Shown one piece after another: positions 12,299 through 26,266 of a stretch of 64,000 nt of DNA; position 1 is the stretch's first letter, and every line of letters starts with the position of its first letter. A program made the position numbers and the translations under genes. The DNA is from Ophelia neglecta (lineage: Eukaryota). Location of the stretch: positions 55,676,001-55,740,000 of the forward strand of contig OZ260665.1 of assembly GCA_965285935.1 (NCBI GenBank), in the 5' to 3' direction. The notes beneath the pieces were generated by a model. It ran no database searches. It was not told where the DNA came from and was given only the letters and a program-made list of their open reading frames with translations.

Positions 12299-15200
12299 AT
12301 GACGTTTCTACCAATCTGTGTAGCCCTGTTGATCATACATCTTCAGAGGGTAAACTGCCAAAACCAAGAGAATACGATAAAAGGCGCAAAGTTGGCTCAA
12401 CTGTTAGACAATCTGGTTAACCAGGAAGGCTTGGGACATTCTTATTTGCAGGTATAGTAAAATGGGAAGTTCCAAACGTGTATTAAAGGCAGTAACACCG
12501 ATCATAATCATAAATCTTTTGTTTATATTAATCCTGCTTTGATCAGTCCTTACTGAAGGAATAACTATTATACATGTCAAGAATACTTCTCCCCTTCTAA
12601 AATGCTCATGTTGATAAGACCTCCTTAGTAGAACATGTGTAAAGAACATTACCTTCGCATTCACTGTAAGGCCAAGTTAATGAAGAAGATATGATAAATG
12701 GACATGTTAGTATATACGTGTCCTGTCGTTGCAATTTCAAGAAGAATTTTGCAATTTTACCGATTCTGAGACATTTTGAAAAGTACCCAGATACCTTCAT
12801 ATTTAAATGTCGGAAAATAGAAATAAAAACACACAGGTTTTTCTGCCTGTGATAATGTAACAAGAGGCTTTTGAATCAACACAGATTGCGAGGTACTAAT
12901 GTGTGCAAACAAGCGGTCCCGTGCAAATTTTATGTATTAAGGACACCATTCCAATTCATGATAACCTGCATAACTGTTGACAGTTGGTAACAGGGTGAAG
13001 TATGTTAAGTATTTCGAATTTCTTGTCAAAGTGAACATGTGTTATGAAAAAGGTGAAACATTGGACATGCATTGATTCAAAGATTGAAAACTAATTGAGA
13101 TATACGTTTTAAAGATTAAAAAGGGATTTAATTTTTACTTTCTACGATGATGTATTCATTATGATTTTAACAGTGAATGTTTCTTTTACAGAGTATATAT
13201 GATGAGAATAGTGATCTCTTCTTAAGGAAAGAAATACAAGGGGAAGATGTGCTGGGACAGGTAAGTGAAAAGTTCCTTTGTAAAACTTTTCAAAACGTTT
13301 CAATCCGAGGAATAACTTACTAGTAATCTATGTATTTAGTTTTGTATGAGTCTACGAACTACATAATATAGGACTGTGAGGGTGTCAATCGGAATGGTTA
13401 CATCCCACAAAAGACACATGTCTAAATATAGATGTCGGCAAATTTCCAATGACGTATTATGTATTCACAGTTCCAAAAGTCAGTGTTTGCACGTCTCATT
13501 ACTCAATAGCTTCTCCATAATGCTTCCTAGATTTAGAAACCGCACATTATGTACATTATTTTCCTTTATAACAGGTGGTCGACAAGCTGGGAGCCCGGTT
13601 CGGGGAGGCTGTGAGTGCCGTTCGCGCAATAAAGACCGCTGTAGAGAAGAACCACGACTCGTTTTCAAGTGACCCCGGGCCTTATAAAGAATGCTGTCAG
13701 GTCGACGACTCATTGTGGGAGTATCAAACACACATGAAGACAAAGGTACAACAGGAAGCTTAATAGTGCATTTGGTTCTCCGTATTTATTGAGTCATAAC
13801 TGTTTATAAAGATTAAGCCGCCATATGAGCTAAAGGCTTCTCTTATAAGCTTTTGCTTACAAAGATTTAATTACAATTAATCAGCAGAACAATCTTAGTA
13901 GTGGTTGCCAGGGTAACCAATACTTTTATCTAAAGAAATGGGGAATTTCTCCAATAACTTTAGATTTATACTCAATGATAATGTCCGTTTTGCATATTTT
14001 GTTGAATTAAATACACAATCGACCAACAGACTAGACCATCTGAAACCTGGCTAATCATGGAATCCAAACCACAGATAAAAGGGAGGGGTGGTATTGGGGT
14101 GGGTGGGGTTGATGGATGGTGACTTGTTTTTAATAATGGGTGCATTAAATTGACCATCTGGGTCTTGGTGACCATCGTAACCAGTGGGTAATCTAAAATA
14201 TAAGGCCAGATGTATGGAAGAAAAGTGTTTAAATATGAAACAATTAAATCTTAGATCAACAGATTACATATTTTACCATCAAATCCAAGGAATATGTCAA
14301 AGAAGGGTTTAATCGTTAGTGAGAGCATCACATTCTTTTCTCCAGTTGCAAATGAGTAAAAAAAATAAACGATGACATCAAAGAATCTCAAAATAAGAAT
14401 AAAGTTGGGAGCTCTGAAAAGAAGGAACATACCATTGTTCAATCTCTTTTTCCCGTGTTTGTTTGTAACATTGGAATTAGGGGTGAATTCAAAACTATTA
14501 ATTACCCCCCCCCCCCTGGACACCCGCACAGACACAAATTTTAAATTTACAGGTTGACGAGGGTATACAAGATGCCTCTACAATGGCAATGAAGTCAAGA
14601 TTCTCTTTCCATAATCAATTATTATTTTGCACGTGTCTGTGTTCCAATTTCAGGTTCACTTGGATGAATTGTGTTACAGGTTGGGACGTGACGCGACTAC
14701 CAATCCGGTGAACCCTTCCACAAATTATGTCCTAGATGTCATGAAAAACAACTTTGCCAATAATGAAATGCCGTACTGGCAATATTATGCAACAGAACAG
14801 GGGGTCTTTGTCACATATCCTTCACGTAAAACTGATGATTGTGACAATTATGACCCTCGTTTCAGGTAATAAATAATTTTCTTTTAAATTAATTCTTGGT
14901 GATGCAATCAGAGTCACGTAAAATATGTCTATGCACTTAGGCCCAGCTGCTGGTCGCAATTGCCTTTTTATTTGCAGACAACCTGAGCTACTATACATGT
15001 TATGTTAATCATAATGTTTAGCTATTTGTGGAAAGTTCCGTTTTTTCCTAGGTAAAGCCTTTTCGTTGGAATAGCCCAATCATCAGATTACAACTGTAAA
15101 CTTTAGTGACACAACATTAATAAAAGTAATGTTGTTTTACGACATTCCGGAAATGAACTTATTTTTATTTCCTTTTTTTACAAGGCCATTTTATGTTGAA

Positions 15201-18200
15201 ACTACAACACCCAATCATAAAGACATCGTTCTCGTCATCGATCGGTCTGCTTCGATGGGCATAGTAACCATGGAATTGGCGAAAGAGGCAGCCAAGACGG
15301 TAGTGGGAACTCTTAATCCAAATGATAGGGTAAGTATGTCTCTCCATGATAGGGTTAAGTATCAGTTGTATATGTTATATTCATACACTAGATTTACAAG
15401 AGAGGCAGTAAAAATGCAAATGAATTTATAACATGTATGAATTGGCCAACACATTTAGGCTACAGCGTTGGGACGGCGTTGTTTCATTTTAAAGAAAACA
15501 CCTAATTATACTTTCAATTAATGCTTCTGCATGAAACAGAATGCTACATTGTGACGGTATTTAACAAGGAAAAATCCAATAGGTCTATGGAAGAGTGCGA
15601 TGTCCAATGGTCACTCCAAATTGTATAACCTCTAAATGGCAGGCGCTGGAGGCAAAATAACTTTACGGGTGGTCCCGTTGCCAAAGAACCCACCGTACAC
15701 GGTTTGAGAGAACAACCGACAAAAAAAGGATTAAAGCATAGTCAATTAACAAGGACACAAGACAAAGAATTGTTTTTAAGATGCTCATATTGTAATCAAA
15801 ATAAAAACAAGTAAAATTCAAAATGCAAATGTATAATGCTCTAATAGTGTTATAAATGAGTCATTTCTCACCTGCTATATAAGTAAAATGTGCATTTAAG
15901 CAACATCTTGTTTGAAAAACCTACTGCAAACTAAAATTAAATTAATTTGCGAATTTGAAATAATGTTGAAATAATATGAAATGTGTGTATAACACAAGTG
16001 CATGGCAAAAGCCATCCCGATTGTGACTGGTACGATAGTCATTTTCAACACCTTGTGGAAGTTAAAATCTGCAAGATTACCATATCAAACAAGCCAACTG
16101 GCCACCATTTTCTTTGTTGATGACATTTGCTTAGAAACTTAACGCTGCAAGACAATCATACATAATGTATGGAATTAGCCATTCCGAGCGTGTCCTTAAG
16201 TGCACCATAAGGTGAAACACTTAATGAGTAAATTTATAAATTGTTGTTTGAATTTAATGCTATGCATGAAGAGTAATTTTTTGTTTTTTTAACGTGTTGT
16301 TTTGTTTCAGATTGGCTTGGTTTACTTCTCAGACGAGGCATATACTCCTGTCATGCCAGCAAAGTACGAGTGTATGTCAGATTACCTGGCCTTTGCAACT
16401 CCTGAAAACAAAAAGACCCTTAAAACATTCATTAGTTCAATAACGTCGAAGGGAAGCACCCACTACATACCGGCACTCCAGCGGGCATTTGCATTTTTTA
16501 ACAATTCGGGATCAACTGAAGAGCAAAAACGAGGTATATCTCTTAACATCAAGTACACTATGAATAGTAATACGTTTACATACTAGATTAGTTTATTCCA
16601 ATCTGGAAATTTGCAAATCCCCTCTTTTAAATTTTTGGTAATATGGGATTCATGGCCCAATAAAGAAAAATGAATCTGCCGAGATGCATTAGTATCAACG
16701 CCGATATGAAAATCGTTTTGCTGCCTGGCATTTCTTATGTTTTATTGATTTCCCCAGGGTGTATTATGGATGTTTTATTCCACAACAGAAATGATCAATT
16801 TCAAAACGATTTTAGACCCAGGCTATCCAACGTCCTATCTACTGCTTATTTTTGTCTTTGATACTATACGATTTCTCTTAGAATTGCTTTCATATTGTAA
16901 CTGGGATCTTGCTAATACAAAATACAATTTATAAAAAGGAAACCGTCTCATGACAAAATGACATCATAATATCATCATTTCCTTCATAAAACACCAAACG
17001 AAAATGGTTTTGGACGTTAGGGAACACAGGGTAAAGGTTTAGTATGAGCAGAAATTTAATAATTTTCTGACTGTCTGTGTCAAACGCCTTCTTCTAGTAA
17101 ACATGAATTTAGGGGGTCAATGTCTGTCACTTTTCTAATATTATATCAAAACTGTAGGTTGGACATAAATGGTCCTGTTCATTTTGTAATATACCAATGA
17201 CATTATCCAATATGAACATGGACTTATTGGTAATCGACTAATGTTTATTATGTTTCTTTTTGCAATAAAAAGAGGTTATATTTTATTCCATGTATTTTAT
17301 ATTCAGTGTGGTAGATTTGTGACAATATAAAGATCATTTAATCTTCAGAACATAGGCACTGCATTTTACCTTTCAGACCGAGTCATACTATTTTTAACGG
17401 ATGGCAAGCCAGATGAATCAGATCAGCAGATCATCACATACATCAAGGATATGTCAGGAAAGGGCGCCGCCATGCTAACCTATGGCCTGGGCGAAAGTAA
17501 GTTATGTCACATAGCGCTTATAACACCTCTCGTAAGTATTCTCTATGTGTAACTTTGATAGACTATAAGACCCACTTAAGATCTAATGGCACCATAGGGT
17601 AATCAAAAAAAGCCGAAACACACATGGATTTGTTCACCGTTTTTGTTCATCGAACCGATTTAATGGCATATTCTTGAATATTGCTTTGAGTTGAAATTGA
17701 ATTAAAGTTTCATATGCTGCCTTAAAATGCAAAAACAAAAAGAGAAAGAAGAACCTTATATATGTAATTTTGTTTTTACAAAGTATATTTTCAGCGCTTG
17801 CTAAAGAAGCCGAGACTTTACTACTTGAGATGACGAATCACTCTTCTTATGTGATTATTTGAGTTTTATTCGCTTATTAAATCTATATCATCGTGACATA
17901 CATGTAAATAAAGAATTGCCTACAGCTTTCAGGAATATATAATTTCTTAAGCTAAATATTGGCAACTACGCGTATATTCTCTAAGTCAATGTCGTGTACC
18001 TTTGACGTCTCATGTATTTCGTTTATGAGTGCATATTTATTATGCAAGCACAGTTCTCATAAAATGATTGTAGAACAATAAAAAATAATTGGGTAGTCAC
18101 GTGATATATTTTCAGCGCCAGGGTATATATAAGAGAGTTTACCATGCCAACAATCTTCGTTTTCAAATGGGGTCCTACTACAACGCCTTTATGACACAAT

Positions 18201-21200
18201 ATGGATCCGATGACGTTATCATTTCCATTCCGTATGTGGATTACAGCGGACTAGGTAATAAGACATTAAGTAGGCTTTCATTTTGCACACTTAACAACAT
18301 AAGCTGCTTGTTAAAAAGAAAGCCTCACTCTTTATTTTGGCGATTTACAGATTTTTCTATCTCTTTTTCTTCTGTTCAGGTTTGATCACCTCTATTTGTA
18401 TGACTGTCCACAACGATAACACATTTCTGGGCGTGACCTGTATAGATTACAGTATGGCCGATTTGATATCAGACATCTCTTACTACTCTCCCGGGGACCA
18501 GTCTTATACATTTGTTATAGGTATGAAACCCTTGTTCATAATTATGTATTAATTATGTACACAGGCCATTTTTATTTCGTGAAATTTGATCTTTATGTGT
18601 CCACAAATGTACTTAAATGTCAGCACTCGAAAAAAAGCACAGTCTAATGATTCATTTTGGTGTAGATGGTACAGGGAGGGTGTTGGTTCACCCACTTCTA
18701 CCACAACCTGCCGATGTCATCGACTTTAACTGGGACCCTATTTTCATTGGAATAAGCACACTGGAGAGAAGTAATGGGGCAGAGAAGGTTATCAGCAGTA
18801 TGAGAAGGTTTGACTTCATAATGATAATATTCCTTAAGTATTATCTAGAATAACCTTATTTTGGTGGATTGAAAAAATCGTTTTTGTTTACCCCTGGAAA
18901 AAGTACAGGTCAGTAGAAAGTAGAAACATTATGGCATTTGTCGCCCTGAAGCTACAATTAAGAATAATTATAACTAGTTAGGCTGTTTATTCAGCCCAAT
19001 TATCTAAAAAGAATGAAAGAAAACTGCAAAACGATAGATATTACCAAATGACTCTGCTGAATGACTGTGCGATTACTTTGCCATTTAGAGGGGAATATGG
19101 TTCCTTGACAATTGGAGTTGAACTTGTGATTTCAAATGGAGAAGCCAGGCGAGACGGAGTTGCCAGCTTTCCAGTGCAAGCGAAATACTCATGGACCCCG
19201 GTATATGGCCTGTTGTGAATGAGCTTTTTTAATGTCGAATAACTATTAATAACAAACGACGAAGTTAGTTCTGCTAGTGATGAAATTGGTTCATTTGAAG
19301 CCTTTCGTCGTGTTTGTAGATTGCAAATACAAACTTTTCTTTGGCCATCGTTGTTCCTGAAAGAACTCAAAGTGTTGATTATTTAACGGACCAACTGAGG
19401 GCGAGAACTATATCTAGGAAGTTTATTTACCATCGAATGGATCTCGATGGATCTCTAAATCTTTGTTCTCACGGCGGACGAATTGCCACGCGAGGTAAGA
19501 AGTACGTCGGTTTCGTAAACTTAGCCCGACACTTTTTATTTGAATTCGTTAAATCGGTTTGCGTTTTCCATCCATTGTGGTTAAGATATATATTTGTCAC
19601 CAACATTATTCAAAATATTATATTATTGCATCTTCTATTCGGACACATGATCAGTTAAAATTCAGGCTATAAAGCCAAAAGAGTGGTTGCTTCCTAAAAT
19701 AAGAAATTACCAGTTTTCAAGGCAACATTTTGTCATGTTTTGTCTTACTTACGCAATGTTGTACATTATAAATCACACATGTCCCTGTCGGGTAGCGTCA
19801 AATGATCGATCAACATGAAAAATGTGATATTACCCTAGGCATAAGGTTCAAAGTAATATCATGACGAACAATAAAATGAAAATAGAAACTAACCGTCCCT
19901 AAACGCGTTATATATACTCAAGAAAAGAGAAGCGTTTCTTTCACTGACCTGTGCTGTTTTTGGGACTTAGGCATGTTAGTTTTAATACCAAAATTATATG
20001 CATTATGTCGGCGTCATTGTTTTTTGTATCAGATTGTCTGCATAAGAAAGCCTAATATAGACTTGGAAAAAGGAAAAATAAACCAATTTGAACCAAAGAT
20101 ATTGAAAGTATTGCCGGAGAAACATCCTTTTTATCTCACCTTATTAAAGCTTGTGCTTTTCACTGAGCCTGATATTATCAGGAGGCACTTAGCCCTGGTA
20201 TCTAATCTACTGACCCAGGGATACGACATTCTGCAAGTTAAAACCGGCAATTTTAAGAATAAAATTTCTGCCAATTTAACCGAATATAACACTCGCCTTG
20301 TGAACCTGTAGTATTCAATAAACGATTTCGTCAGTCTCAAAAAGAGTCAATTTATGATCGATGACTTTCCTTGATCATATGTAGGTTCTGAAGTATAGTT
20401 GTCATTGTTTAACACCTAGGCAGTAAAAGACTGCACTGGATTTCTGTGATCAATCCCGCTTATCATAAGGCTAGGGGCATTTGCATCTGCTTCTTACTGA
20501 TATTATATACTTATATTGCAGATGCATGCGTTCAGTAGCAATAAAAGCACGACTGGTTCACTTGACATATGTAACATTAAATAGTACTGTCGAGGAGATT
20601 TTGAATGAGAAACGTATGAGAGAACTTACACCATTATAGCCTCGCTTGGGGCTCTCTGTCCTGCTTTGACCAATGACTCCAACACTGTAAAGTATCTAAA
20701 CTTTCTTCCATAACAGATGGTGTCAACGTAAAATTCACACCAGTTGCCTTCAGCGAGCCACTTGCCTACGTGAACAAAGAGGAAACAGATCGCGATGACA
20801 TCATAAGATATAAAGAATACATGGAGGGAAGGGACTCCCTGCAGCCGGATGTCAAGTTAAAGGCAAGTGCTACTGAGCGGTCAGGCCTAGCTAAATACAA
20901 TAATTTATTCAGATATGTAGAAAGGAAGGACATAGCCGAGAAAGAACTGCAAGAGAGAAGCAAGAAGAATTAGAGAGCTCTAAATAGTTTAATTAAATAC
21001 TTCTATATTGCGGTTTCCAGGATGGAGTCAGGTCAATACTAGCCCAGACAGAGCGTGTTTTTGATGTTTGGAATGAATCTACTGAATACACACAGAACAT
21101 ACTTTGGCGGTATACCGGACTAGTAGCTGGGGCCTTCGTCGGATTCCCCGGCTTTGCTTCTGACAAAAGATATGATCATACAAAAAGACCCTGGTATTTA

Positions 21201-24200
21201 GAAATTTAATATATTTAAATGTCAATTGTAGCCAAAAGAAAAAAACTAAGCTTATGAGCCTAACACAAAATAAAAAATAATATTTGACAGGATTGTATAT
21301 AAATATCAAGACAGTTATAACATGAAGTGTAATATCCGCTTCAGCGGATAATGCTACGACAGTCAAATATTTATTGCTAACTGCTTTTAAAAGCAATCTA
21401 TTTTAATGTAAAGATAATTTACTTGAGAAGAAAGTGGCCTTACCGACCCATGTTTCACACCAATAGTTTCTAGTTAGTAAAAGGCAAGAAAAATTGTGCA
21501 TAGTTTTACATCCCAATTCGCGCTTCAAATAATATGAGAGAACTATGTTCATGATGTCAGACCCCACTTTATTCACCTCTCGCACGAAGAGATTCGTTTG
21601 ATGCAAGTTCCAAAAGGTAGATGAAACTGGTAGCCGGATATTCCCAAGCTTTTTTTTTACTTGAGAAGATATCTTCGTACATGGCTTTGCCGACCAACGT
21701 CTTCTCGCCATCATTTCTAGTTCAACCAAATAAGAAGTTCTTGCTTTGTCACAAAGGAAATGATAGTTAAAATAAAACGTGTCTGCTGAAATCAATTTGG
21801 TTTCATTAAATATTTTAGCCATCCATCACCACATTTTCATATTCACAGAGAACAAAATATACCTCTAATCTTTGATTTTTTACGATACAGGTATAAAAAG
21901 GCGAGGGCCAACCCAGGGAAGTTAGTTTTGTCTGCCCCTTACACGGACGCTGGAGGTCAAGGCGTTGTGGTGACCATATCAAAAACCCTCCTGGAGGGCA
22001 GGCAAGAAAATTGTGCAAAAAATATGTCTCGGTATTACTTAATAAGAATAGCCAATAAATACAACGATTTTTCAATTCCAGAATTTTCACAACATTGTCC
22101 TATATTCAATGATGCAAATGACCTTACAAATAGACGTCTTTATGAAAATCGTGATTATTTAGATTACAAAAAGTAAACGTCCGCGATACATTGTTAGTAA
22201 TATTACGGTTTCACCGCCTTATGGGCTACACAGTTTTAGACTCAACCTAAAGCTTGTGCCAATGGACCAATTTATTAAAATCAACAAAAATCAACTGATG
22301 GTTAATATTTTCTAATCTGATAATTAATTGTTGTATATAAAAGGACATAAGGTTCAAAAGTCTTTCTGTACGCGTTATTTCTGAGAACTAAAAGTTCCGC
22401 TGAATTTTAACTGCTTATTATATTCAGCATCATAAAGAAACGATACCGTCTTCAGGTATAATAACTAGGAGTAGAAGAATGAAACATTTACTTAGTTAAA
22501 AGCGTATAAAAGCCTACAGGAGGAGAGCCAGGGTTCCCGCTTCGCCTCTTCGTGTCAATGCATTAAAAAGGAAACTATTGTTGAAATAAATCAGAAATGG
22601 GTCCATGCCTCTAATCGTAGTACTAGGGAATATGACATTGTGCATAAAACATCCGTACTTAGTGTGTTCCCTTTACTTTTATCTCATTGCCCATTTTACT
22701 ATTGTAGCTCTGTGGGTCATTCGCAGGAAGACCCCGTCATAGGAGTCATGGGCATGGACTTCACCCTGGCCTCAATAAAGATATTTTTGGTTGACGCCTT
22801 TCCGGTCTGTTCAGAGTCAGGCTATAGGTAAAATACAATACATGATCCTCTAATAGGTTTGAATTTCAATACAGTAATTTACTGCCAACATGTGCCAGCA
22901 CCACATTAATACTCACAACACACTGCTGTTGTACAGTGTGTGTCCACAGTGTTCAAATTATGGTGTAATAGTTTGCCAATGACATATTAGCTCAAACAAT
23001 TTCTACCATAAAAAAGTACCAAACAATCTTACTTGGTAGTAAGTTCTGCAATTATTTGCGACATTTCAGTTGCTTTTTGTTAGACTCAAGTGGTTATTTA
23101 GTCTTCCATGAAGACTTTCTTCAAGACTCCTCTTCAGACCGCACCGAATTCATTCATATAATAAAAAAGGTGAGCAGATTCATGTTTGAGAAAAGTGTTC
23201 TGCACTGTCTACCTAAATTCATTTTGTCATAGTCTAATGCTCTTATTACTGAATAAGTGTGCTTATAAAAAATTCATGTTGAATAATTCAATAGCTTGTT
23301 ACTTAGATTTATAGGAAATGGGTAAAAGGACAACACGGCACTCTCAGTTATTGAACAATCATGATTGCCACAAAATAAGAGCCGATAACCGTCATGCAAA
23401 TGTAAATCCGAAGTTGAGAATTCACTGATTATTGAAAATCTTTGCTTCAAGTATTAAATCTCGTTATTTAGGAACCCCAAATCGCAAAGGTATTGATCAA
23501 AATGGATTATCTCACCCGTCAATCGTGTGATGATTTTGAGGATAAGGATAATTACAACACTTGGAAGGTAATTACAATGTTTAAATATATGATGACAGTG
23601 CTCTTTCAAAAGCAGGCTTGCCAAGTCCAACGCATCCGCCGGGGACTCCCGCAATTTACTTATTTCCCCCACTGTCCCGCAACATCTTAAGTCCGCCATA
23701 TTTTGGGCAATTTCTTAGTATATATTTTAGTTTAATAGTTTTGTCCAAGTAGGCGTTGAAGAAGTTACTTCGGTTTCTTTGCTATGTGCTCTCAAAATTA
23801 TCTCCAATAATTACCACCTTTGACCTCAAATATCGTCAAATCCCCCGCATTGACAAGGCCACAACTTGGCAACCATGCTTAAGTAATCATATAGCCTAAT
23901 TAACAACTTATAATGAAATATCACCTTTCAGCTTAAAAACTTTCCCAGTGGAGTTCTAGCGCATTTAAAGGAAACACCTTCTTTTGAGGCTGAATGGGTC
24001 CCGAATTCAAACGTCTTTCTATTTGTTAAGAACAACAGCCGCTTCAGTCTCGCTGGCTGCATTTGTCCTGAAGTGGTAAGTACGACTCCACTATCGACAA
24101 TTTTTTAAATCTTGTTGTGGTAAATATCACTCCCACCTTGCTGAATATATGGATTTAATGGAAAATACCTCCATAATTTACCTGATTTTATGTGTTTTGT

Positions 24201-26028
24201 TACGGTTAGATTAATTTTTAATTCTAGGGAAGGGAAGTACTTCAATGTAAAAGTCGTAACCGCAGTACGTGTGAATGTCCCTGTAGGAACGCGACTGACT
24301 TTGATTACTGTCGAAACACCTTCCCATCTAAACGGCAAGTAAAATAGCATTGCCTCAAATATCTTTAAGGCTTCGACACCAGAAGGGACAGGGTGCGGTA
24401 AACGACCCCTATACATCCATTCCACTCCAAGCAAAAACGATCACTATATTTGTTTACATACTAAAGCTGTCGTTTAATATCTAAAACTGGGAATAGTGCT
24501 TTCCTTTCAAGCACAGGCCAATTCTCCAAATGTTAACATTCGAGAGATGGCCAAATTTATTGCTGGAGTTTTACGGTATATTTATATTTTTAAACGCTCA
24601 AAATGATTCTGATACAAAAGATTTGTAAGTGCCTACAACAACCACTTGCTACGCATTTACATATTTAGGTTTACATTATTCAACATTATATGAATGAATA
24701 ATATAGGTAACACGTAAAACTTAAGAAAAAAGAACATAATTGGACTATGAATGCTGCAAATAGTTATGTAAAAGTCTTAACAAGGTTTATAATGTTTATG
24801 TGGAAAATAATCAATTATCCACTGAAAAGTCTCTTAAAGTGCGTTCAGATGTATTGAAAGTGCGTTCAGATTGATGTATAAAACCATTTGCTACCTCAAT
24901 GAGTAGTCCTATTAGATATATTGTGTTGTTTATGTATGCTTTTAACTTTCCAGGGACAGACCAGCTCCATGTGTACTGGACACGGTATCCGTCGTATTCC
25001 ACAGCCCTATACCAAATGAAAACCAAAGGACAGACTCCTTAAGTCCATGTTATGTCATAAATTGCACCGGTTTAGACTTATGGTATTTACTTTTAGATTC
25101 ATGAATAATGTTCTTTAGATATGTTGTGCGTCCTAGTTTCATCCTAGCTGTTTGAGCTATTTACGTGTAATATTAAAGATAGGGTTCGCATGGAGGTTCA
25201 TATATTACCAGATTATTACTTGGTACGCAATAAGGGGGTCAAACATTTCATACATTACTTTCTAAATTCAGTCTTTGATCTTTTATTAAGAATTAATGCA
25301 CACTCCTTGCTGTTTCAAAAAAGTTGCGCAATATGATAAAGTCAAAACTGGCCAGGGGACTAAGGGCAACCACATTTTAAACACAGTGTAAACAATTTAT
25401 GCTTCGAAAAAAAATATGTATACAGCTTTTTATCTTTGAAGCCTTGATGATCGTGTCTACAATCTTATGGGGTATTTCACCACATTATATTCGTGATTTA
25501 TAGGAGATGCAGGTCCGTTTCTTCGTGTGTGTGGTGTGCTTCTCTTTCCCGGGCAGCAGAATGCCGACTGCGGGCAGCTTGTCCCCCAGAAGCAACTATT
25601 CCTAGAATCAACTCGACAGATGATGCAGGTGATAACTCTGTTTTAGTCAAGTTTTTTTTTTCATTTAATAACTCGTGTTAGTTATAAGTTTTATTTCAAG
25701 TACCACCCAAACCTTCTTGAAGCATTTGACTTATTTCATTACCCTTTATTGTGCCTTTAAATTTTCTAAATGACCTTCAGAGCGAAACCAGATGGCTTTA
25801 ATTGGAGGAGTTACTGGGGCCATTTCCGCCGTATTTTTGGTTGGTTTTGCCATAACCGTAGTAGTATACAAAAGGAGAAATACGCAGCCACCAAATGAAG
25901 AAATGGTTTTCAGTCCAAGTAGTGCTAGTAGCGTTTGTGGAACTCCTTGCTCGTCAGAGATAGGGATCCAAAACATGGGTCCCATATACCAAGAGGCAGA
26001 AGATCTACCTGATATCCAACGCGAATAG
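12299..26028 (+). CDS. CACHD1-like: VWA and Cache domain-containing protein (CACHD1/alpha2delta family), tandem copy B; complete, about 1118 aa
   Basis: 24 exons totalling 3357 nt in frame: 12299-12451, 13192-13260, 13575-13745, 14654-14865, 15185-15329, 16311-16533, 17377-17496, 17795-17850, 18116-18254, 18380-18520, 18666-18807, 19089-19200, 19320-19494, 20717-20862, 21021-21193, 21891-22001, 22708-22827, 23070-23169, 23472-23567, 23932-24075, 24228-24334, 24954-25082, 25504-25628, 25781-26028. Signal peptide MTFLPICVALLIIHLQRVNC. Motifs ECC, YWQYYATEQGVFVTYP, YDPRFRPFY; VWA KDIVLVIDRSASM...GSTHY...VILFLTDG; Cache motifs; TM then KRR. A TM helix plus cytoplasmic tail fits CACHD1 rather than GPI-type alpha2delta. 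One-to-one orthology is not established. Confidence 0.92.
23613..23877. mobile_element. MITE with hAT-like CA(G/T)GGTTGCCA termini
   Basis: caggcttgccaagt ... acttggcaaccatg form imperfect TIRs. Absent from the equivalent, shorter intron of copy A. No clean 8-bp TSD seen. Confidence 0.55.
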
Positions 26029-26247
26029 AAACAGAACATCAACAAGTGCTCCCGTTCCCTTATAATATTCAGGACGTTTATATATTTAGTTAAACTCTTC
26101 TGGCGTAAACTTTAATTAACTTCTTATATGCAGCCTTGAGTCTGCCGTGGTCATAAATGCAACTATTTTAAATCTTAACATTTGCCATTTATTCGCGTTT
26201 TTATGTTTGTTCGCAGTCGAATTTTTTAGGTAAACTTGTTACCCTTT

Positions 26248-26266
26248 AATAAATAATAAATAATAA
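26248..26266 (+). terminator. Candidate polyadenylation signals of copy B
   Basis: Tandem AATAAA hexamers (aataaataataaataataa) about 220 nt after the stop at 26028, the same spacing as in copy A. Confidence 0.45.
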
